A DNA stretch of 61,672 bases, filler included, from Dugesia japonica (taxonomy: Eukaryota), in assembly GCA_001938525.1 (NCBI GenBank). It is 6 parts of 6 records of this genome, joined end to end, with 100 filler letters (N's around TTAATTAATTAA, not from the genome) between each part and the next. Parts side by side here need not be neighbours in the genome. Positions count along the whole stretch, not along the records: positions 53,226 to 61,672 come from MQRL01565612.1; 5 more parts are not named here. The stretch is one strand, 5' to 3'. The notes beneath the pieces are model-generated. The model saw nothing but the letters and a program-made list of their open reading frames with translations. It did no database searches and was not told the DNA's origin. A program made the position numbers and the translations under genes. Of this stretch, positions 53,126 to 61,672 are shown piece after piece. Position 1 is the first letter of the stretch. Each line of letters opens with the position of its first letter.

Positions 53126-53225
53126 NNNNNNNNNNNNNNNNNNNNNNNNNNNNNNNNNNNNNNNNNNNNTTAATTAATTAANNNNNNNNNNNNNNNNNNN
53201 NNNNNNNNNNNNNNNNNNNNNNNNN
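53126..53225. other. Artificial scaffold linker
   Basis: N44-TTAATTAATTAA-N44. Confidence 0.97.
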
Positions 53226-53699
53226 ACAGTTTCAGAACATTTTTAATATTATTTAGCAGTAATGATTTCATTAAATTAAAAGCTTCGATTAAAAATTAAA
53301 ATCCAAACTCTTGGATTATGTTAGAGTTTCGATTTTTTTATTATATTTTGTATAATTAAAGATTAATGATTTTGATAATACAAGTCATTTTGAAATTTGA
53401 ACATGCTGATATTAGTCACATATAAGGGTTTTGTCCTGGGGTTTGAGCTTTCTACATTATTATTAAAATTATTATCTTGTACTTATGGCCCTCCATAAGC
53501 ATAGAGGAGCAAACATATTCCTGTGAAATACCACTGATCATATTTGACGACAAAAAACTTGGTAATGGTTCAAAATGTGATTTTTTGGGAAGCAACTCGT
53601 ATATTTTTTGAAATAAACGTTTTATAAAGAAGTAATTAAAGTCGAGCTTTAAATCAAAAACGCTGGCCAAAAAAATATATCCTCAACTCAGGTGCAACA

Positions 53700-54545
53700 C
53701 TATGAATATTTTAAGATGCTAACAGTTGATTGTAAACAATGGTTTTGTTATAAGTTAATTGATTAGCCAGCATTCCTTCAAAGCCAAACAAATGTCATAG
53801 TTTTATTAAGTTGATTAAATTAATGAAATATGACCATTTTTAATTGAATCGTTTAGAAATTTATTGCTCGCAAAGGATGCCCCAATACTGAACTAACCAT
53901 GTTTGTTCCAGTTTTCATGTTTGTAGCACATAAAAAAGAAATGGCCCAAAGAATTTATACCAATAAAAGTGAAAAACAGTCCTTGAGTTATATTTCCAGG
54001 AGGTGTGGAACAAAGATTTGAATTATAAGTTAGTCTAACAGAAAAGAGCAAAAAACGTTTCTACAGTACAACCTTACGAATATTTTCAGATGCTAACAGT
54101 TGATTTTAAACAATAATTTTGTTATAAGCTGATTGATTCTCCTGGATTCCTTGAAAACCAAATAAATCTCATAGTTTGATTAAATTGATGAAATATGGCC
54201 GCTTTAAATTATATCGTTTAGAAAGTGTTTGTTGGCAAAGAAGGCTCCAATACTAAACTAACCAAGTTTGTTCCAGTTTCCATGTTTGTAGAGCATAAAA
54301 AGAAATGGCCCAAAGAATTTATGCCAATAAAAGTGAAAAACAGTCATTGAGTTATATTTCCAGGAGGTGCGGAACAAAGATTTGAATAAGTTAGTCTAAC
54401 AGAAAAGAGCAAAAAACGTTTCTACAGTACAACCTTACGAATATTTTAAGATGCAAACAGTTGATTTTAAACAATAATTTTGTTATAAGCTGATTGATTC
54501 TCCTGGATTCCTTGAAAACCGAATAAATCTCATAGTTTGATTAAA
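53700..54545. repeat. Tandem repeat, unit about 360-375 bp, about 2.3 copies
   Basis: GAATATTTT(A/C)AGATGC(T/A)AACAGTTGAT recurs at about 53704, 54078 and 54439 with collinear downstream sequence. Confidence 0.9.
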
Positions 54546-55999
54546 AAATAGCAAAATTATTATAGATTATTTAAAATAGTTAAACCCGGGAAAATTTGGA
54601 GATCCAATTTAAAATCCGGGTTCGGAGAAATTTGTCGAAAATCGAAAGCCCTGGACACATACATACAAATATATACTAAAATTTGACTAATTAAAATGCA
54701 ATTTGAATTAAGCGCATAAAATTATACTTCCTTTCATGGTGAAAATCCGTAATAATCATGATAAAACGATAATTTGTGTAGTTCGCTTATAAATAGTCGC
54801 TGAATGTTTTGGTTTTAATTTCAATGTAATTACAAAGTACAAAATGATAGGACAAATATATATTTAATTGGCCAGTCGCCAAAATGATTCGTTTCACAAT
54901 TATTTGTTTTCGTCAATAAATATTTTTAAATGTGACAATTTAATTATTTCATTCTGAAATTTCACGGTTTAAAATCATAATTAAAAAAAGAAATCAAAAT
55001 AAAATCTGTGTGTAATTCAAATATTAAATTAATTAAATTTAAAATTAATTATAATAACTGACAATTTCTATTATTTAGCTTTGTTAAGAAATAACATCAA
55101 AATTTGTAAATTTTCTAATACTTAAATTATTGTATTTTACATTTGAATGGATCCGATTCTACTGAAATCGAATGTTTATAATTATTAAAATACATAGTTA
55201 TCAAAGTTTAGAATTAAATATAATTTAAATGGAATATTAAATTTCAAAATTCAATTAAATGAACTATAAAGTAATTAATAAACCTACGTTTCGACTTTCA
55301 AAGGACCTTGAGACAAAAAATGATCCTAGAAATAAAATTTCAGTTAATATATTAAGAAACTAACTATATATTTTATTTATATGTGAAACAATAAAATCGT
55401 GTAATTTAAGATTATTTCCAAATTTACTAATTATATAAAACGTTAAAAAAATAAAACGAAAAATAAAAATTTTCTAACTTAAGTTTCCGAAAAATCACAA
55501 AATAATTTTAATAAACTTTCAAGCGTTAACATCTAACCTCAATTTTAATTCCAGGACTTTCCTGGATTTTATTAGAAATTAAATCTTCAGAATCTCTAGA
55601 TTCATTTAAATCTGGTATATCAATTTGAAATATATCAGCGTGATTCATTTATTTATGAATCTTAAGTTAAAATTGCAAAGCATGAAATATGAAAATTGAT
55701 ATAAATAAACAAAGTTTTGTGGTAAAAAATATTTTGTTTAAATTTAAAAATTTAAAAATTACTTAGTACATTTAAAGAAGACAAAAGTTTATTGAAAATT
55801 TTGTGAATTTTTATTTTAGAATTTTGAATTAAATTAATTAAAATTATTAACCAATAAAAGTTGATTAAAATAATTTTAAGTAGAAAATTTTTCGTTTTAT
55901 ACTTTAATTTTTATCTTTGACTTTTGCTAAATAAATTATGTGTGAAACTAAGTGTTCTTTTCGAAAATAAATTGTCTTCCAACAATTTTACTAATAAAT

Positions 56000-56612
56000 A
56001 TCAATGCAATCATAGACAGATTATTACTAAAGTATTGTGTAGAAATGGTGACATTAAAAATTCATTAAGCGTCACCAATTATATTTTCACGCAAAGAAAC
56101 AAGATGATTTTCTTGTTTGTTAGGTAAAGATTTGCTGGAATAATATATGAAGATGTTAAAAGTTGTTTGTGGTTGGCATCCAAAAATGAATATGACCAGT
56201 CAAATTTAAACGAAACTTAGTAACTTTAGATCCAGAAAACACAATAAAGCTAAATAAATTTTTCTGAAGAAAAATCGACGAAACGAATATTCAGAAACAA
56301 ATGTATAAGAAAATAATTTCAGTTACGCCAGATGCCTTACTGGCTTCAAACAATGTCTCTTACAAAATCGCAAAATGTAAAAATTCTCATACAATAGGAG
56401 AAACATTACTTTTATCAGCAGCTGTTGATATGGTGCGAATAATGTTTGGTGAATTGCATGCAAAATAGTTGCAATGAATTCCGCTTGTTTATAATACAGT
56501 CGTAAGAAGAACCAGTTATATATTTGAATATTTTTGTGATCAATCAATTTCCGTCTCCGTACTTCAAATTTTGTTATACAAGTAAATGGGGCAACTGATA
56601 TTGCTAAAGATG
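56000..56612 (+). mobile_element. hAT transposase N-terminal half (ZBED5/SCAND3/Buster-like), truncated
   Basis: ALLASNNVSYKIAKCKNSHTIGETLLLSAAVDMVRIMFGE...FVIQVNGATDIAKD, then an abrupt break at TGTTGGGG. Confidence 0.85.
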
Positions 56613-56914
56613 TGTTGGGGTGAAACACTAGAGAATGGAAAATAAACCAGCGATTAGGTACACCTAAATTCTAAAAGATGTCACAAGAAAGATAGCGAAG
56701 AACACAGACAAAAGAAGGAGTTTAACCAGTTACTGAAAGGAATAATTCAAGAATAAACCGTCCCTGGGGTAGGTTTTCAGTTTACTGCGGTTGACGTTAC
56801 TTTTAAGGGAAGGTGTACACCAATAAACCTTTATGTTTGGGTTCTTTATTTTTTTCCTATTTAAGGTAATTAAATTTAAAGTCCTAATTGAAAATATTTA
56901 TTAATAGTACATGT

Positions 56915-57297
56915 TTAGAGTAGATCTAGCGCTCCTGGATCTAACCATTGGTCTGGATTCGTTGTGATGAAATTAAATGCCGCAATGTCATCGTCTTCAT
57001 CCCACTGCAATATATTAGGATTGCCGATCTGACGGGATAGGTCAGCAATGTATTGCTGCAAAAATTCGATTTTACGTTGCAGTAAGAGTTTGTTCTCGTT
57101 CTCCAACGTCTTTGTCTGAGTGGTGAGGTCACTTTGCTTTTTTATGATCGTATCCAGTTTTTTAATCAGCCTATTACGTTGGTCAAGATGTTTTAATAGA
57201 GCTCTATTGGCTTTCCGTTTCAAGTGACGTTCTAGAAGGAGACGATGTAGGATGCGGTGGCATCTTCTAAGATTATTTGGAAAATGGATTCGAGGCA
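56915..57297 (-). CDS. Cassette B4: basic/coiled-coil protein with acidic tail, no in-frame ATG
   Basis: ttttag|TG CCT CGA...; 127 open codons; AATAAA about 12 nt after the stop. Confidence 0.6.
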
Positions 57298-57424
57298 CTA
57301 AAATATAAGAACATTAATTGAATATAGTGCGTATTAGATTTAAGGAAGTTGATTATTAAATAAGTCAATAAAGCAGAACTATCAAAACAGGAGATACAAC
57401 AACGAAATTTTATATTTTTAACCA

Positions 57425-57792
57425 TTAAGATCGGGAGTTGTTTTTAGTTTGAGTGCCCTTGTCGATCATAAGGGGCTCTAAATATGATTTCTCTTTCAGA
57501 TGCAGGGTATCTTTAACCAGTTTATTTTTGCGGTCATGCCTGTACCGGATAAGTTCGGAGAAAGATTCTACTTGGGTCTTCCAGGCCCGTTCTTGCTCTT
57601 GGACTAGCTTCATTTCGTCACGTATATTTGAACATTTGTTCTTGAAACGCTTTAATTTTGCGTTGGCGGTTGCGATTTCGGCTTCCCAACGCCGCTTAGC
57701 CAGCCTATAAAGGTTCCACGTCATTTCCTTATCCTCGCTAACTTCACGTAGTTTTTTGGTTGGAGGCTGAGACCGATTTAAGGAAGAATGCA
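57425..57792 (-). CDS. Cassette B3: coiled-coil protein, likely homologue of 12876-13152
   Basis: ttctag|TG CAT TCT...; 122 open codons; KRRW-x16-KCSNIRDEMKLVQEQERAWKTQ. Confidence 0.62.
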
Positions 57793-57938
57793 CTAGAATA
57801 TAAATAGTGTAACATTTAAGGCCTATAAAGATGACAGGACATAATTCAAAACAAGATGAAATTATTTAAACCATGATTATTTAATTCAAAACAATAGAAT
57901 AACATTCCGCTTTTAGACATTAAATTATAACAGAGCAT

Positions 57939-58367
57939 TTACACCAACACATCAAGCTGTTCGTCGTTGACGTTTTCATTGTTATTATTAATCATTGCGT
58001 TTCGCACGCCCCATAGATTATTCTGGATGAAGGACGTGAGCTGTGTCGTAGGAGGCAAGAAATTGGTGGTAAGTCCGACTGATGATGGGTCATCATGCCA
58101 GAGACGTTCTATTTGCGGGGTTTCTGTCGAACGTTCAAAGGAAAGCAGTGCTGGGGGAATAACGACCTGGTCTCTTCTAGGGCCACGCCAATAGTAGTAA
58201 GCAGCTCGTTCTGTTGCGTCCCATCGGCGATCATAATCTGCAGTTTCGGAAGGTAGATTGGCGTTATCAACCAATACATCGGCATCGCGGTTATATGGGT
58301 TTTTACATTGTTTGAATGTTGTGCGACCTGAATAAACGTCGAGGCACACTTCCCATTTAGATTCCAT
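57939..58367 (-). CDS. Cassette B2: unknown protein of about 142 aa
   Basis: ttgtag|AGTTCATC ATG GAA TCT...; open, GC-richer frame. Confidence 0.6.
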   Translation of the reverse strand: MESKWEVCLDVYSGRTTFKQCKNPYNRDADVLVDNANLPSETADYDRRWDATERAAYYYWRGPRRDQVVIPPALLSFERSTETPQIERLWHDDPSSVGLTTNFLPPTTQLTSFIQNNLWGVRNAMINNNNENVNDEQLDVLV

Positions 58368-58534
58368 GATGAACTCTACAATTAACAATTTGTGATATGA
58401 TTGTTGATCAATTATGAAATTTAATTGCAATGCAACAATATTCAAAATCAAAAGAGAGTGTTTTAATTAAAATTAGGCAAAGGTTTTATTTTATGACAGC
58501 ATAAACAACAAGGAAATATAAAATGAGCGATTGA

Positions 58535-58717
58535 TCACTCTTCATCCATGTCCACCCGATTCGGACACGGGAACCTCTCGGCGAAACACTGGAGGTCAGT
58601 TTCGTCGGGGTGTTCCACCGCTCCCATTGTCAAATAATGGGTTATTAGCTGCTTAAGCCTAGCAGACCGCCGTTGTTGTTTGATCCACCAAAGCATGTGG
58701 CGTAGTTTGGCTGGCAT
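58535..58717 (-). CDS. Cassette B1: unknown 60-aa protein or terminal exon
   Basis: tttcag|TTA ATG CCA...; AATAAA about 45 nt after the stop. Confidence 0.45.
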   Translation of the reverse strand: MPAKLRHMLWWIKQQRRSARLKQLITHYLTMGAVEHPDETDLQCFAERFPCPNRVDMDEE

Positions 58718-59119
58718 TAACTGAAATGACTAACATCATAAAATTTTTATCTAGATTTTTTCTGGTTCGCCTAAAGTTGGATGGCAACATTAATCACCAA
58801 GAATGAAACTGGAGTGAAGTGTTAAGAACTAATGAATTGGCCATATGAACGATGACGATAGCTCGGAAGGAAACATGGATATTCCTTGTTTAATAGTAAT
58901 GATACCGATAGTACATGGGTAAAAATATTTTTGTCAAAGTAACACTACTAAAATCATTGGTCAAACGGTCATTAACGTTGATAGTGTTCCTGGTGCTAAT
59001 ACCGAGCATATTGTTGGTAATGTTAAAAATATGAACTTTGCCATTACAAAGATTTTATAATCCGTATCGTATACCCTAATAGTAAGGATGGTGACGAGAA
59101 CCACAGCGGTACTAATGTT

Positions 59120-59505
59120 ATTAATAATAATAATAGTGTGAAACAACAATCAAAGTACTAATGATAATGATAATAATAATCATCGTGCTAATATTAATGA
59201 TAATAATAAGAATAATAATCGACGTACGAATAACGATAATAATAACGGTAATAATTATGGTAATCATCAATAATAACAACAATAATAACCGAAATAATAG
59301 TAATAGCTATAATAATAATAATATTAATAATAACAGTAATAATAATAATCGGAGTAATAATAATAATGACGATAATAGCAATAATAATCATAATAACTAT
59401 GAAGTTGATTGTATTAATAGTAATGAAGATATTAATAATATACATAGTAATCCTAATAGTAACAATAAAGGATATTATTAATGACCAGAATAATAACAAT
59501 AAAAA
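59120..59505. repeat. Degenerate (AAT)n low-complexity tract
   Basis: Produces the spurious poly-I and poly-N ORFs in the track. Confidence 0.9.
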
Positions 59506-61289
59506 ATTAGTGATGATCATAAAATTCATAATTTTCTTTAACTTTAAATTTTCTACAGTTTATAGTTGTTTAGTGACGCTCTCCATAGTAACGGATGGGG
59601 TTACAGTAATTGTAATTGGACTTGTCATCTGCTGTAGATATTATTCAAGTGGGTGTGTGCCAGCGTTGTTCATTGCTGTATCTGTGAATTAAAGTTGAAC
59701 AATGTATCGTTATTGGATATGACTAACTCTGTTGGAATTTCCACACTCCTGTCGTGAATCCCAACTATCGACATTATCAGAGAAGGCATTATAGTATTTC
59801 ATCTCTCATGCTACACTGGATATTTTATTTATATGTGGTTGTTAATCAGGAGAAATTCGCGTGCTTCCAAAAATTTAGTGCCACCGCGCCTGAACTAGAT
59901 TTCAGCAAATTATTACTTGGTTGTCACTTCTATTGGAATTAACTTATTCGACATTCTATTTTATAATGGAAATATAGTGGCTCTGATTTTATGTGGTTTT
60001 TCGTGGTGAGATAAGAGACCACTTCTTATGCCACTTGATTATTTATGCAGTGGTTAAAAAACAATATTGTGGGTTAGTTTAGTTATAGAGCAAAATCATT
60101 TTCTTAAATAAAACTTTATATTTCATGGTTATTTATTTATTTCACAAAGATTTATTAAATTTAACACTATGTTGGTGAAACAATCTTTATTATCTAATTG
60201 ACATATAATATAACAACAGAAAAAATAATTTTTTACTTTATATCAAAAGTAGCTCTGCAACGGTGAATGTGAAATTAGGGCTTCAACTATTATTGCGATT
60301 CCTACTGAGATTGCTCTTTCTATTTTCTTCCACCGACTGAGTATTTATCTCTTATATGATCAAATTGGTAATCTGTTGAATCGGTTTTTCTCCAAGTTTA
60401 GTTATTCACTGAAATTAACACGGTGCAATCTAATACTAATGGTTTTCGCAAAAATTTGTGATTGTTTTCTGCTAAACTTAGGGGTTCTTTTATAGGATTC
60501 CTTTAACACCCCAGCTTGAGCCTGATTTGAGGGTTATTTTTAACTTGGTGTTCTCTGATTTTTATTGGCGTTGGTGCCATTTCTCTAAAATTTTCTCTGA
60601 ATTTTGGTGCTGTTATTGGCAGCTATTTTTATCAGACCACCTGATTTTTTGGTCTTTGTTTTATTTTTAATTTCTGGATGCTCATTGGTTGTATCTTAGA
60701 AATCTTACCATACCCTTCCCGAAGATGGTACGTTCTTTCTTTTTTGGATTTTAGTTGCGCCTGCTTATTTCCTTTTCGATTTGTCTTGTCCAACTTCTCT
60801 CCGACTTCCCTGACCGAAGTTATCTGTAAAAAAACAGATTTTTATCTAATTTTGTTTCTTTTTTATTTAAAATTAATTAATTTTTTCTTCATTAATTAAT
60901 TATTTTCCATATTACTTTTCTTGTTATTTCTTTTTATTTTATAAATTCTTCTTAATTTCTAATCATACACCGCTTCCATTTTTCCATAACTTTTGATTTA
61001 ATTTCGTTTCTTCTTATTACTGCTTTTGTGCTTTATTTTCCATCCCTGTTGATATACAGCTCCGACATTGACTTATTTTACATCTTAGTGGGTGTTTCAC
61101 CCCAATAAATTTAAAACAAATTATTTTTAAAAAATAATTATTTCGTGAAAAATGGCAAAAATGACAACTTCCCATTATGGAAAAATTAGTAATTAAAAAG
61201 ATTCTGGTCAAGAAAAAATCGGAGATCTAGAAAATCTTAGTTAAAAATCCGTTATGAGTCTCAGAAAAAAGATACAAGGGTTTGAAGGT

Positions 61290-61422
61290 GGACCAATAGA
61301 TTCAAAATCTAAAAATGTCAACCAATCAAAAGAACGCATGTGACCATCTGGCCAATCAAAGCGCCAANNNNNNNNNNNNNNNNNNNNNNNNNNNNNNNNN
61401 NNNNNNNNNNNTGGTATAAATA
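61290..61422 (+). promoter_or_regulatory. Triple CCAAT boxes plus TATA box
   Basis: CCAAT at about 61294, 61322 and 61352 (about 30-bp spacing), then TATAAATA at about 61415 after a gap. Confidence 0.55.
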
Positions 61423-61672
61423 CCGATGTAATTTTCACAAAAATATACGTATATTTATCAAGGAAATACGGAAATTAAAACGAAATAAACACAAAAGGTG
61501 ATTATTTATGCGATTCGATTGATGATGCAACGATTTCCGACTGGATTGTTCTGTTTTTTTATGGAGGACCACTGGAGTCACTATTGGACACGAATGGAAT
61601 GGATGTTATGCTGTTGTGCTTGCTCCGGATCGGGATCCAGGTCACGTTAGTTTTGTTAATTATGTTAATTGT

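Larger units (their letters stand above)
56613..61107 (-). mobile_element. Unclassified element (block B) with inverted TGTTGGGGTGAAACAC ends and a tandem ORF-cassette array
   Basis: It interrupts the hAT ORF at 56613, and an inverted copy GTGTTTCACCCCAATA lies at 61092-61107. Four minus-strand GC-richer ORFs are inside. No TSD seen. Confidence 0.55.

Noticed and set aside
56915-57795. Spliced-leader trans-splicing supplying the start codon (flatworm SLs end in AUG)
   Set aside because: AUG joined to TGCCTC or TGCATT is out of frame with the long ORFs; only a single added base restores the frame.
59161-59692. Poly-Ile / poly-Asn ORFs as membrane or prion-like proteins
   Set aside because: They are translations of a degenerate (AAT)n tract; the same applies to 51956-52186.

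Overview
Very AT-rich animal genomic DNA with short (about 40-50 nt) GT-AG introns; a flatworm/planarian-like host is my inference only. The window is not one locus. Five artificial 100-nt linkers (N44-TTAATTAATTAA-N44) join six unrelated scaffolds, so adjacency across a linker means nothing. Most of the DNA is decayed mobile elements: Ty3/Gypsy, Penelope, mariner/Tc1, hAT, MULE, Tigger and two divergent Polinton/Maverick copies. Host-gene pieces are an RNF31/HOIP-like RBR-LDD ligase, a SAM-like exon and a DCDC1-like doublecortin-domain gene. Two things stand out. (1) The Polinton at 35.2-42.3 kb carries a compact TATA-binding-protein-fold gene with its own TATA box, next to its packaging ATPase. 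(2) Two blocks on separate scaffolds (about 12.9-15.0 kb and 56.6-61.1 kb) hold tandem minus-strand ORF cassettes, each behind its own splice acceptor. Three cassettes begin AG|TG with no start ATG of their own, and one block has a TATA-driven leader exon ending in A, so splicing would assemble the start codon (A|TG). The two blocks also share an apparently homologous coiled-coil protein. All family assignments come from motif recognition by eye, with no database search.
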